In this document: piece by piece, positions 9,701 to 16,834 of the stretch
Layout: each line of letters opens with the position of its first letter
Numbering within the stretch: position 1 is the first letter of the stretch
NCBI GenBank assembly: GCA_903826865.1
Contig: CAIKGD010000012.1
Location: 2,362-66,361, forward strand
Length of the DNA: 64,000 bases
Origin: an uncultured Verrucomicrobiota bacterium
GTDB lineage: Bacteria; Verrucomicrobiota; Kiritimatiellia; Kiritimatiellales; Tichowtungiaceae
Direction: 5' to 3'
Position numbers and translations under genes: made by a program
The notes under the pieces: model-generated
Told to the model about the DNA's origin: nothing
The model's input: the letters and a program-made list of their open reading frames with translations, nothing else
Databases searched by the model: none

Positions 9701-10830
9701 CGGTAGAGCCGCCCGTGCGGTGTTTCAAGAAAGTGTTCCGCCGTCAGGCGGGAACAGTTGAGGTAACCGCGCGCCACTTGCACGCCGCCGATATAAATTT
9801 CGCCCTCTTCGCCATCAGCAACCGGCTCCATCCGGCTGTTGAACAGAAACAGTTCAACGCCGTTAAGCGCCTTGCCGATCGGCGTGTTGCGGCGCGGATC
9901 GCCGGAGCCGTCCACGCAATAGCAGGTGCAGTAAACCGCCGCCTCGGTCGGACCATAGCCGTTGATGATGCACAACTCAGGCACAGCATGGGCAATGTTC
10001 ATCAACCGCCGTTCAGGAACGGGTTCAACACCGGTCAGCAGACGGCGCAAACGGCTCTGTCCGGGGTGCTCGCGAACCCAGACTTCCAGATCAGCGATCA
10101 TAGACGGCGGAACGTAGGCCGAGGTAATTTTTTCCGCACAGAACCAGTCCGACAGTTTTGCCGCATCCAGACGGATATCATCCGGAACAATCACCAGCGC
10201 CGCGCCGCAAATGAGCGGCGCGAAAATTTCATACACCGAAACATCGAAACTTAAACCGGTCCACCAGCTGCATGCGTCTCCGGGACCGAGCGGGTGCCGG
10301 CTCTGTGCATCATCAAGCATATTGAGTGCGCCGCGGTGGTGGCAGAGAACCCCTTTCGGTTTTCCGGTGGAACCGGAGGTGTAAATGATATAGGCCAGAT
10401 CATCGGTTCCCGGCGGTTCCCAGTCAGCCGTAAACGGCAGGGTTTCGTCCGGTGCGACGACCACCGCGTTGGCGATGAAATGAGACCGGTGTGCCGCCGT
10501 GGTGACTGCAACCGGCGCGCCGCCGTCGGCCAGCATAAACAGAAGACGTTCCCGCGGATAGGATGGATCAAGAGCCAAATAAGCACTGCCGGCACGCAGA
10601 ACTGCCAGCAACGCAACAATCAAATCAGGTGAACGGTCCAGACAGACGGCAATCGGCACATCACGCCCCGCCCCGTGCGTGCGCAGCACGCGGGCAAGTT
10701 CCAGCGAACGGCGGTTCAGTTCGTCGTACGAAAGAACGGTTTCGCCGAACCGAACGGCGGCAAGATCAGGAGTTCGGGCAGCCTGCCCGATGAACCGGGC
10801 GATCAAGGTCTGGTCGTCATTTAAATTCAT
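3790..10830 (-). CDS. bimodular non-ribosomal peptide synthetase, 2346 aa: A-T-C-(Fmt-like)-(half C-like)-A-T-TE
   Basis: Two AMP-binding cores (YTSGSTGKPKG twice, NGYGPTE/NTYGPTE, GKxDRKAL twice), two GGHSL carrier motifs, HHIAADG condensation motif, N-x-H...D formyltransferase motifs, and a GWCYG thioesterase. Confidence 0.97.
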   Translation of the reverse strand: MNLNDDQTLIARFIGQAARTPDLAAVRFGETVLSYDELNRRSLELARVLRTHGAGRDVPIAVCLDRSPDLIVALLAVLRAGSAYLALDPSYPRERLLFMLADGGAPVAVTTAAHRSHFIANAVVVAPDETLPFTADWEPPGTDDLAYIIYTSGSTGKPKGVLCHHRGALNMLDDAQSRHPLGPGDACSWWTGLSFDVSVYEIFAPLICGAALVIVPDDIRLDAAKLSDWFCAEKITSAYVPPSMIADLEVWVREHPGQSRLRRLLTGVEPVPERRLMNIAHAVPELCIINGYGPTEAAVYCTCYCVDGSGDPRRNTPIGKALNGVELFLFNSRMEPVADGEEGEIYIGGVQVARGYLNCSRLTAEHFLETPHGRLYRTGDRAVRLPDGNLMFAGRTDQQIKFLGYRVEPGEIESALCRINGVRESAVVVREDIPGIRRLAAYYTVQGSGTLTVEKIRQALGRELPPYMVPSLFIRLAHIPLTANGKTDRKALPPPAAADLEQVRAAEFKPPVSATEKTVAELFTAVLKTGPAGLNDHFFALGGHSLLATQLASKINTELRVDIPLKDIYENPTVGKLAASIDLLRRAGPVSKEIPLAAGRSFYPLTPSQRTMWMLHQSDRSGLLSNIPEVIHLNGPLNVDVLETAFNEVIRRHDSLRMVYTMEKGEMVQRPLDKVSVPVKLTDLSGMDAAGRDRRAAEMRLANGRHIFDLSAGPLINAELVKLAENRFDLFFNIHHIAADGWGISRFATEFAEIYEAFLDGCPLPQPPVERQYSDIAVWIDERIKSGSLQPQLDYWKEKLAAPRPDLHFPLDHGRPEVSAHRGARHAFTVSPDLTAALTALGRRESASLFMVLASIWQTLLHRATGSADIITGTAIANRNHPQVEKVIGTFINALALRTDFSGAPAFAAVLERVRRTALEAYENQDIPFEKVMESVSGGTRYPVFRNSLILHNMPLPTKKFAGLTLTDDEIGNDTSKMDMLLYFIEREGQLEGQLEYDAELFDAATAERITAGFMMLARQVVKDPYRPLGEYLQTGDQEAPTCFVIGEGSLCLRCTEVLRRRGMRVLGLISPDPANRRWAKEKGVPWHHPSDGFEKILSAQPFDFLFSIVNSYILKPDVLAMPRRYAINYHDAPLPRYAGVYSTAWAIINRERLHGVSWHVMVDEVDAGDLLKQRTVDVHENDTSFTLNARCYDTAIDALSELALELVEGREVRTPQDLRKRTYYPLHKRPAYGGLIDWNRPQTETDALRRALDFGNQPNDLGLPKVLFGGDIYVIKSDGSLFTLDGEPSNIRFSAVGEVADWIVNEPAFSNLGKKLEAINDGLAGHERFWVRRFENFQPLEIPAGIDRSIHHYTLTDLPLFLCFLARFCSQDQFTVGWKAKTDAPEFFADQVPLHVALNAEQSLFDNMQQAEKALEICRKRKTYARDLFQRFPALHRPPVYHVVFGENEIRCPAKVWEHFRAFRHTAYLSQPLFSQSVLTVHDRRELEKFQMRTPGFGETRCIHQLFEAQAEKTPRATAVEGIDGKLTYAELDARADALAARLQELGVKPGTPVGLFVNRSLEMCIGMLGILKAGGAYVPLDPEYPSDRLEFIMGETAMPIIVTVEALSNRIYGGRTAVCVDLITDSTSKPSVCGENSNLAYIFYTSGSTGKPKGVMVEHRNVVNHCLASIQIYGISAKDRVLQFFSMNFDGSVEELFPAWASGGTVVLRSDEISSSTSEFEKFVERRKITAVDLPTAYWHEWVRNLRTVPKTLRAVIIGGEKVSAELCRVWLQKGGGAVRLFNTYGPTECTVVATVHELTGAVTGEVPIGLPIAGTALYVADERRQLVSLSMPGELLIGGEGVARGYLNRSDLTREKFIRNPWGEGMLYCTGDLVCRQSDGRIGFMGRVDNQVKIRGFRIEPDGIAAVLEQHSDIAQAVVVARDDLSEQKELAAYYIPVPGLSPSVSELRAFLAASLPEYMIPVAFMELDEFPVAPGGKVDRKALPSPVKNAVRARENYVEPSTPQQKTLAEIWSAVLGINQIGIHDNFFDLGGHSLLAIQLVERILACGLSLTVAQLFQYPTIAQMVEVVSLRGESEYKSLVCLKEGNPGRVPLFLLHSAPGDLLGYSNLVHNLPPDQPVYGFQSLGLLDPDKVHSTIPQMAAYYVSVLREFLPDGPYLLGGWCYGGYVAMEMARQLMDQGCEVKLLALIDAWAYPPAERRISFYWRRFQLTRLIGIRQWIKIILHRFKNSFRDEAADAVTMLDGVQAKEGVLANREEVYRRNREAALKYNPRYYPGRTALFRSDELAGWFLPDMTMEWAVLTDDQDVYLVPGEHRGMLHEPAVQVLAARLNASIEKALKKVG
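3793..4563 (-). other. NRPS thioesterase domain with Cys in the nucleophile position
   Basis: LFLLHSAPGD, GGWCYGG (TGC codon at 4330-4332, aa 2167), LIDAW, PGEHRGMLHEP. Confidence 0.8.
4597..4806 (-). other. NRPS carrier (T) domain 2 (approximate bounds)
   Basis: FFDLGGHSLLAIQL. The Ser codon is at 4717-4719 (aa 2038). Confidence 0.8.
4846..6393 (-). other. NRPS adenylation domain 2 (approximate bounds)
   Basis: LAYIFYTSGSTGKPKGV, FDGSVEE, NTYGPTE, YCTGD, PGGKVDRKAL. Confidence 0.8.
6394..6900 (-). other. condensation-domain C-terminal-lobe-like remnant with no HHxxxDG
   Basis: FWVRRFENFQPLEIP, FTVGW and FFADQVPLHVAL resemble late C-domain motifs. This is a by-eye assignment only. Confidence 0.4.
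6901..7704 (-). other. internal methionyl-tRNA-formyltransferase-like domain (N and C subdomains) inside the NRPS
   Basis: CFVIGEGS..., AINYHDAPLPRYAG (His codon 7438-7440, aa 1131), VDEVDAGDLL, then IDWNRPQTETDALRRALDFG resembling the Fmt C-terminal domain. Confidence 0.7.
7711..9024 (-). other. NRPS condensation domain (approximate bounds)
   Basis: LTPSQRTMW start and HHIAADGWG, with the first His codon at 8626-8628 (aa 735). Confidence 0.8.
9076..9288 (-). other. NRPS carrier (T) domain 1 (approximate bounds)
   Basis: FFALGGHSLLATQL. The Ser codon is at 9196-9198 (aa 545). Confidence 0.8.
9316..10830 (-). other. NRPS adenylation domain 1 (approximate bounds)
   Basis: LAYIIYTSGSTGKPKG, FDVSVYE, NGYGPTE, YRTGD, NGKTDRKAL. 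Confidence 0.8.
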
Positions 10831-10862
10831 AAGTATCCGGCACTCGCATCGCTTGGATTCAG

Positions 10863-11567
10863 ATGCTATATAAAGCGCCGGTTTTAATGAAGAATAATGT
10901 AGAAACTTTTAAAAAATCGATCGAGGTCTGGAATATCCGCCTGCCCGATCACCGCAACGACACCGCCCTCTGCCGCAGTCTATTGTCCGGCGAAGAGCTG
11001 GAGCGTGCCGCTAAATTCTTTAAACCGGCTGATGCCGAAGGCTTCATTCTCGGCCGAGGACTGCTGCGCCGGATTCTGGCAGACTGCCTGAATACCCGGC
11101 CGTCCTGGCTGGAATTCCGCCGTACCGCACTGGGTAAACCGTTTCTGGAAGAGAGCAATGGACTGGAGTTCAACGTGTCCCATTCGCGCGACCGCCTGCT
11201 GATTGCTGTCACCGCCGGACGGGCAGTCGGCGTGGATATTGAGTTCCGGCGCAGCGGATTGGCGATGGAATCCATCGCCAAACGGTGGTTTGCACCGGAG
11301 GAGCAGATGTTTTTCGGGGCCGCAGAAAATCCGGCAGACCGCTTTTTTGAAATCTGGGCGAAAAAGGAGGCCTATGTGAAGGCGCTGGGTGCCGGCATCT
11401 ATAAAGACCTCAATACTTTCGCAGTACCGCTCGGCGGTAAACCGTTTTCCCCGGCTGTCGGACAGGACGGACAGTGGTTTTTCCAAACATTAAAAATTGA
11501 TTCCGGCTATGCGGCGGCTGTAGTTTCCGAAGTGCCGCCGGTACCCGTTAACCTGCGGAAATTTTAG
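10863..11567 (+). CDS. Sfp-type 4'-phosphopantetheinyl transferase
   Basis: FNVSHSRDRLLIAVTAGRAVGVDIE and WAKKEAYVKALG motifs. Divergently oriented 32 nt from the NRPS start. An alternative start is ATG 10887. Confidence 0.9.
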   Translation: MLYKAPVLMKNNVETFKKSIEVWNIRLPDHRNDTALCRSLLSGEELERAAKFFKPADAEGFILGRGLLRRILADCLNTRPSWLEFRRTALGKPFLEESNGLEFNVSHSRDRLLIAVTAGRAVGVDIEFRRSGLAMESIAKRWFAPEEQMFFGAAENPADRFFEIWAKKEAYVKALGAGIYKDLNTFAVPLGGKPFSPAVGQDGQWFFQTLKIDSGYAAAVVSEVPPVPVNLRKF

Positions 11568-11571
11568 CCCT

Positions 11572-12666
11572 ATGAAAATCAGCATCGGCATTCTGGCGTG
11601 GAACGAAGAAGTCAGCATCCGCACGACTATCCACAGCATTTTTGCGCAAAGCCTCATCCGCGATGCGGTAACGAGCGGATTTCAAATCCAGATCGTCTGC
11701 GTACCGAACGGCTGCACCGACAACACCGCGCAGGCCGCCAACGGTGCCATGCTGGCCGCCGCGGAAAAACTGAATTATCCAGAAGGCGTCCGCTGGCAGG
11801 TTCATTCGCTGGAGAAACCGGGCAAAACCAATGCCTGGAACGTGTTTATACACAAACTGGCCGATCCGCAGAGCGATGTCATTTTCATGGTGGATGCCGA
11901 TATTCAGATTTATATGCCCGACACACTGCGGAATATGCTTCAGAAGCTTTACGCGCATGAGGATACCCTGATCTGCACCGACCTGCCGGTCAAACATGTC
12001 GTTTTCAAACAGCGCTACAGTCTGCTTGACCAGATTTCCATGCACGCCGCGACCATCAACCAGTCGGCTTCCGGCCAGCTCTGCGGCCAGCTCTACTGCG
12101 CCCGCGCCGCGTGGCTGCGCCGTCTGTGGATTCCGGAACAGATCATTGTCGAGGACGGCTTCATCAAAAAGATGGCGGTTTCAAACTTTCTCACCGAACC
12201 TGAAAATGCAGCGCGGCGGCTGGTGGTCGCCGAAACGGCCTCGCACGTTTTCGAGGCCTACACCCGCCTGTCCGATGTGCTGGCCACCCACCGGCGGCAG
12301 ATCGCGGGATACATTATCCACCGCTGGATATGGGAATATCTGCAGGAACATCTGAGTGAAGCGCCGGATGCCGCTATGCTGATTGAAAACCTGAACCGCA
12401 CTGCACCGGACTGGTCGCGCCGGTTGATCGCCGGTAAAATCAAAGAGCGTGACTACATCCGCATCTACCGGATTCTTATTTCCACCCGCCTGATCCGGTT
12501 CCGCGGATTCAGCGCTTCGAAAAAAGCGGCCTATATTCCGGCGCTGGCGGTTCAGATTCTGCTCGACTCACTTCAGTTTCTGGCCGCGCTGAATATGCTC
12601 TGCCGCGGGAAACTTCAAAAACTCTGGCGCGACACCCGCACCACCAGCGAGGAGATCAACCGGTGA
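11572..12666 (+). CDS. family 2 glycosyltransferase
   Basis: Typical GT-A N-terminus ISIGILAWNEEVSIRTTIHSIFAQS, then NGCTDNT and the DxD-like MVDAD. Confidence 0.85.
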   Translation: MKISIGILAWNEEVSIRTTIHSIFAQSLIRDAVTSGFQIQIVCVPNGCTDNTAQAANGAMLAAAEKLNYPEGVRWQVHSLEKPGKTNAWNVFIHKLADPQSDVIFMVDADIQIYMPDTLRNMLQKLYAHEDTLICTDLPVKHVVFKQRYSLLDQISMHAATINQSASGQLCGQLYCARAAWLRRLWIPEQIIVEDGFIKKMAVSNFLTEPENAARRLVVAETASHVFEAYTRLSDVLATHRRQIAGYIIHRWIWEYLQEHLSEAPDAAMLIENLNRTAPDWSRRLIAGKIKERDYIRIYRILISTRLIRFRGFSASKKAAYIPALAVQILLDSLQFLAALNMLCRGKLQKLWRDTRTTSEEINR

Positions 12667-13829
12667 AACTGGCCTTTGCTCATCATCTGGACGTGCGGCA
12701 ATCCGCCGAAGCGCGCAAGCCCGGTGCCGTCGGCATCCACAGCGCGGCGGAAAATATCGCGCTGAATCTCAAGGCGGCCTCAAGCGGATTCGACTATCTC
12801 GTTCCGCTGCGCAACATCTGCACACCGCCGGCCGCCGTACGGATTCTGCTGTATCAGAAACTGACGCGGAAAAAATATTACGGCTGGGCGGAACCGTCGC
12901 TGAGCTGCGGCTACGGCCGGCAGCTTTCCCGCAAAATGGCGAACTGCTCCGCGCAGGCCGTACTCTGCACCGAAGTCAAACACGCCGCGTTTCTGAAAAC
13001 AGACCGGCCGGTCGCCATCTGGACCGATTCGCTCTACGGCGGACTTTTCGACTACTACCAGACGTTCACCGGCCTCTGCAGCCGGACGCAGCGCGATTTG
13101 CAGAAAATGGATCGTGCGGCGGTTAAAAACTGTGCACGACTCATCTTCGCATCGGACTGGGCCGCGCAACGCGCCATAGAACTTTACGGCGCTTCGCCCG
13201 AACAGGTGAAAGTGGTGCCGTACGGCGCCAACCTGACTTCCGGTTTTTCGCGGGCCGACGCGGAAAAACTCACGGCGGAAAAAATGTTCGACGGCGTCTG
13301 CCGCCTGCTTTTCACCGGCGTGGAATGGAAACGCAAAGGCGGCGACACCGCCATCAAAACCGTGGAAATTCTGAACGCACAGGGTATCCGTACCGAGATC
13401 ACCTTTCTGGGAACCGACCCGGCCAAACACATGGCAAGCGTTCCGGATTTTGCTAAAAGCGCGGGCTTTCTTTCGCCCGCCAAACCGGACGAACGCGCCC
13501 GGATGGAAAAGCTCTACCGGGAAGCGCATTTCCTGATCCAGCCCTGCCGCGCCGAATGTTTCGGCCACATTTTTCCGGAAGCCAGCAGTTTCGCCCTGCC
13601 CGTTGCCGCCTCGAACACCGGCGGCATTCCAACGGCGGTGCATGAAGGCACCAACGGCTACTGCTTTGATCCGGAATCGGCCGACCGCTTTGCCGAGTGC
13701 ATCGGACGGCTGTTCAGCCGTCCGGACGAATACCGCGCACTGGCGTTAAAAGCCTTCGACGATTACAACGCGCGGCTGAGCTGGCAGCAGGCCGCACGGC
13801 AGGTGATCCGTATTCTGGAAGAATTATAG
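12663..13829 (+). CDS. GT-B glycosyltransferase (GT4/GT1-like)
   Basis: C-terminal EAHFLIQPCRAECFGHIFPEASSFALPVAASNTGGIPTAVHEGTNGYCF (E-x7-E region). The GTG start overlaps the GT2 stop by 4 nt. Confidence 0.85.
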   Translation: MKLAFAHHLDVRQSAEARKPGAVGIHSAAENIALNLKAASSGFDYLVPLRNICTPPAAVRILLYQKLTRKKYYGWAEPSLSCGYGRQLSRKMANCSAQAVLCTEVKHAAFLKTDRPVAIWTDSLYGGLFDYYQTFTGLCSRTQRDLQKMDRAAVKNCARLIFASDWAAQRAIELYGASPEQVKVVPYGANLTSGFSRADAEKLTAEKMFDGVCRLLFTGVEWKRKGGDTAIKTVEILNAQGIRTEITFLGTDPAKHMASVPDFAKSAGFLSPAKPDERARMEKLYREAHFLIQPCRAECFGHIFPEASSFALPVAASNTGGIPTAVHEGTNGYCFDPESADRFAECIGRLFSRPDEYRALALKAFDDYNARLSWQQAARQVIRILEEL

Positions 13830-14498
13830 TTCCGCGCCTTCCGCAATCAGCAGATTGGCGCTGTAGAAAAGCATCAGAAACACCAGTTCAAATGATTCTT
13901 CAAAGCAGGGAAGCAGGCTCAGATTTATCCGCAGAAGGATGCCCCAGCCGGCAGCGACTTCACACAGCACAACCAGCTCAACAGCCGCACAGGCCAGCAA
14001 AAAGCAGATACTGGCAGATCTGTTCCACGACGTTTTGACCATGCGGTGATACAAACGGGCCACAAGCCCGAAAACCACTAAAGCAGCCGGGCCATAAATC
14101 AACACCCAGGAATAACCGAGATCATCCAGTCTGGTGTCTTTGACAATCCCGGTAGCCTGCTCCAGCTGATATCCCATAAACTCATGCAATGACAGCATCT
14201 CATCGGCGGAAAGAAAACAGAAACCAAGCGCCATCAGCACCAGCAGGACTTTCCCGGGCTTTGGAAGCGCGGGGTGGCGGCTGACCAGAAAGAAGGAAAG
14301 TCCGGTAATCACAAAGAGAATGCTTTCGAACCAGGTGCCGATGGTGCGTTCTTCGCGCAGATCAATAATGGAATTGAGATAATCGAGAAGCCGGGACATT
14401 CCCTGTGTGTAGTGCGCGAAAAACATCTGGGCGCTGCAAAGCAGACACAGACCAATCAGCGGCCACAGCAGCAAACGAAGCAGTTCACGGACTTTCAT
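13824..14498 (-). CDS. polytopic membrane protein, function unknown
   Basis: The ORF is trimmed to MKVRELLRLLLWPLIG (ATG 14496-14498) so that it follows the DUF975 gene. It has several hydrophobic helices. Confidence 0.6.
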   Translation of the reverse strand: MKVRELLRLLLWPLIGLCLLCSAQMFFAHYTQGMSRLLDYLNSIIDLREERTIGTWFESILFVITGLSFFLVSRHPALPKPGKVLLVLMALGFCFLSADEMLSLHEFMGYQLEQATGIVKDTRLDDLGYSWVLIYGPAALVVFGLVARLYHRMVKTSWNRSASICFLLACAAVELVVLCEVAAGWGILLRINLSLLPCFEESFELVFLMLFYSANLLIAEGAEL

Positions 14499-14524
14499 AA
14501 ATACACCTCTTTCAGTTGTCTGAT

Positions 14525-15226
14525 TTATGCAACATGCGGAACTGTAAACCCAGTTCTTTTTGACAGATCGTCGTAGAAGGCTGTGGTGGCCGCCATAAAA
14601 TATGGTGCCAGCCAGATGAAGCCGATGCATAACGTCAAAAGGCAAAGCAGCTGCCAGCCGATAAAACGAAGCCACAGCAGTCCCAGTCTCCAGTAATTGC
14701 CTCGCATCAGCTCCACGCTGCGGCGAACTGCCTGCCGGGCACGAATGGACGGGTCATCGGCTACCGCATACAGAGCGAGGCCGTAACGCATCTGCAGAAT
14801 GAGCATGAGCAGCGTCGCGCTGAGGATGAGTACGGCTCCGAGCAAAATAAGCGTCAGCATCGAACTTGATTTCAAAAAGATAAATATCGGGATCGCGAGC
14901 GCAATAAACGGGAACGTCCATGCCAGACAAATCAGGACTATCAGCAGATACGTGCAAAGTGAAGTGCCGAAGCGGTCGAAGCCGGCAAACAGCAGACTGA
15001 ACGGGTTGCTTTGATTCCGCACCGTCGCCAGAAAGTACATGGTCATGCCGACCACCAGCGGGGCGGAAAAAATCAGTTGCAACAGCGGCCCGGCAAAGTG
15101 AATCAGACTCACCCCCGTCAGCAGAATCAGATAGACGGCCAGCACACCGATGGATTTGCCCCAATTGCCGGAAAGCCCGGCGCGGGCGGCGGCGGTCAAA
15201 TCACGAACAGGTGTCGAACTTTTCAT
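14525..15226 (-). CDS. DUF975-family membrane protein
   Basis: LSGNWGKSIGVLAVYLIL..., the C-terminal LAPYFMAATTAFYDDL signature, and multiple TM helices. Confidence 0.75.
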   Translation of the reverse strand: MKSSTPVRDLTAAARAGLSGNWGKSIGVLAVYLILLTGVSLIHFAGPLLQLIFSAPLVVGMTMYFLATVRNQSNPFSLLFAGFDRFGTSLCTYLLIVLICLAWTFPFIALAIPIFIFLKSSSMLTLILLGAVLILSATLLMLILQMRYGLALYAVADDPSIRARQAVRRSVELMRGNYWRLGLLWLRFIGWQLLCLLTLCIGFIWLAPYFMAATTAFYDDLSKRTGFTVPHVA

Positions 15227-15239
15227 GACAGTTCTCCTT

Positions 15240-16010
15240 TCAAGCTAAAGCTTTATCAATATCCGGCACGGCGGAAAGCAGTTTTTGCGTGTAGGAATGC
15301 TGCGGGTTATCGCAAACCTGATCGGATGTGCCGGTTTCAACGATTTCGCCTTTGAACATGACGGCGATACGGTCGCTCATTTCACGCACCACAGCCAGAT
15401 CGTGGCCGATGAACAGATAGGCCAGTCCGCGCGCGCGCTGAATCCGTTTCAGAAGCTGGATGATGTCCGCCTGTACGGAAACATCGAGCGCCGAAACCGG
15501 TTCGTCGGCTACCAGCAGTTTCGGCTCCAGCGCCAGTGCGCGCGCGATGCCGATGCGCTGGCGCTGCCCGCCGCTGAACTCGTGCGGGTAGCGGCCCAGC
15601 CAGTTTTCGTCGAGGCCGACATCCCGGAACAGTTCCGCCGCCCGGTCGCGGCGCGTAGTGCGCGATGCTCCAATTCCATGAACAAAGAGCACTTCTTCAA
15701 TCGCCGAGCCGACACTCATGCGCGGATTGAGCGATCCGAACGGATCCTGAAAAACCATTTGCGCCTGCCGGCGGAACTGTTTTAGCGCCGCCCCTTTCAA
15801 GGCCGTCACACTGTTTCCGTCAAACATCACCCTGCCCGCCGCAACCGGCTCCAAGGCCAGAACAGCGCGCCCGAGCGAGCTTTTGCCGCAGCCGCTCTCG
15901 CCGACCAGGCCGAGCGTTTCGCCCGCCGCCAGCACAAGGCTGACGCCGCGCACCGCTTCGAGTGCGCCGTATCGGACGCTCACATTTTCAACTTGCAGCA
16001 ATTCGTTCAT
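15240..16010 (-). CDS. ABC transporter ATP-binding protein, OppF/DppF type
   Basis: Walker A GESGCGKSS, signature FSGGQRQR, Walker B LLVADEPVSALD, and the Opp-type C-terminal extension (NPQHSYTQKLL). Confidence 0.93.
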   Translation of the reverse strand: MNELLQVENVSVRYGALEAVRGVSLVLAAGETLGLVGESGCGKSSLGRAVLALEPVAAGRVMFDGNSVTALKGAALKQFRRQAQMVFQDPFGSLNPRMSVGSAIEEVLFVHGIGASRTTRRDRAAELFRDVGLDENWLGRYPHEFSGGQRQRIGIARALALEPKLLVADEPVSALDVSVQADIIQLLKRIQRARGLAYLFIGHDLAVVREMSDRIAVMFKGEIVETGTSDQVCDNPQHSYTQKLLSAVPDIDKALA

Positions 16011-16828
16011 GCGGTCTTATGAAGCCGGGGTACGGCTTTAAGCAGTTTCCGGGTGTATTCGTGCTGCGGAGTGCGCAGAACGGTTTTTGTTTCGCCGGAT
16101 TCGACAATTTTCCCGTTATTCATCACATAAACGCGGTCGGCAACATTCGCGACGATGCCGAGATTATGCGTGATCAGCAGAATGGAAAGTCCGCGCTTTT
16201 CGCGCAATTCAACGAGCAGGTCGAGTATCTGTTTCTGAACGGTGACATCGAGTGCCGTGGTCGGCTCGTCGGCGACGAGCAGATCGGGATTGCAGGCGAG
16301 TGCCATGGCAATCATGGCGCGCTGCTGCATACCGCCGGAAAGTTCGTGCGGGTAGGCGCCGGCTGCGCGCGCCGGATCGGGCAGTCCGACTGCGGCAAGC
16401 AGTTTTGCGACCTCGGCCTTGACTTTAACGCCCTTGCGGTGCAGGCGGATCGCCTCGCCGATCTGCCAGCCGACTGTGTAGACAGGATTGAGCGAAGTGG
16501 CGGGCTCCTGAAAAATATAGGCGATGCGCGCACCGCGAAGTTTCCGGAGTTCGGAACTTTTGAGTTTTAAAACTTCCAGACCTTGAAAAATGATCCGGCC
16601 GTCAACGATCCGCCCGGCGGGTTCAGGAATCAGTCGGGCCAGTGAAAGCGCGCTGATGCTTTTGCCGCTGCCGCTCTCGCCGACCAGCGCGACAATTTCG
16701 CCGGGAAAAATATGGAAGTCCACGCCGTCCACCGCACGCACCGGATCAGAAACGGAGCCGAAGTGAACGGAAAGGCTCTGAACATCCAGCAGTGCTTTAT
16801 CTGTTATCGCGCATCCCATATCGTGCAT
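16007..16828 (-). CDS. ABC transporter ATP-binding protein, OppD/DppD type
   Basis: [28 protein letters not shown] and the tail [10 protein letters not shown]. Overlaps the next ATPase gene by 4 nt. Confidence 0.93.
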   Translation of the reverse strand: MHDMGCAITDKALLDVQSLSVHFGSVSDPVRAVDGVDFHIFPGEIVALVGESGSGKSISALSLARLIPEPAGRIVDGRIIFQGLEVLKLKSSELRKLRGARIAYIFQEPATSLNPVYTVGWQIGEAIRLHRKGVKVKAEVAKLLAAVGLPDPARAAGAYPHELSGGMQQRAMIAMALACNPDLLVADEPTTALDVTVQKQILDLLVELREKRGLSILLITHNLGIVANVADRVYVMNNGKIVESGETKTVLRTPQHEYTRKLLKAVPRLHKTA

Positions 16829-16834
16829 CCCGGC

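Noticed and set aside
3562-10254. Long plus-strand ORFs inside the NRPS region (for example 3562-4719, 5434-6069, 7717-8541 and 9199-10254).
   Set aside because: They lie antisense to a gene with unmistakable NRPS motifs. Their products are Arg/Gly/Ala-rich and low in complexity with no motifs. This is the typical high-GC antisense artefact.
11272-11285. A fourth occurrence of ccatcgccaaacgg, inside the PPTase gene (…MESIAKRWF…).
   Set aside because: No repeat arm or stop codon follows it, and it sits in a conserved region of an intact gene. It is most simply a codon-bias coincidence for the peptide IAKR. A genome-wide count is needed to be sure.
15240-16828. The two Opp/Dpp-type ATPases as part of a conventional peptide importer.
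   Set aside because: No OppB/C-type permease or substrate-binding protein gene lies within the window. The conventional interpretation is therefore unsupported here, and the operon is reported instead as an unusual association.
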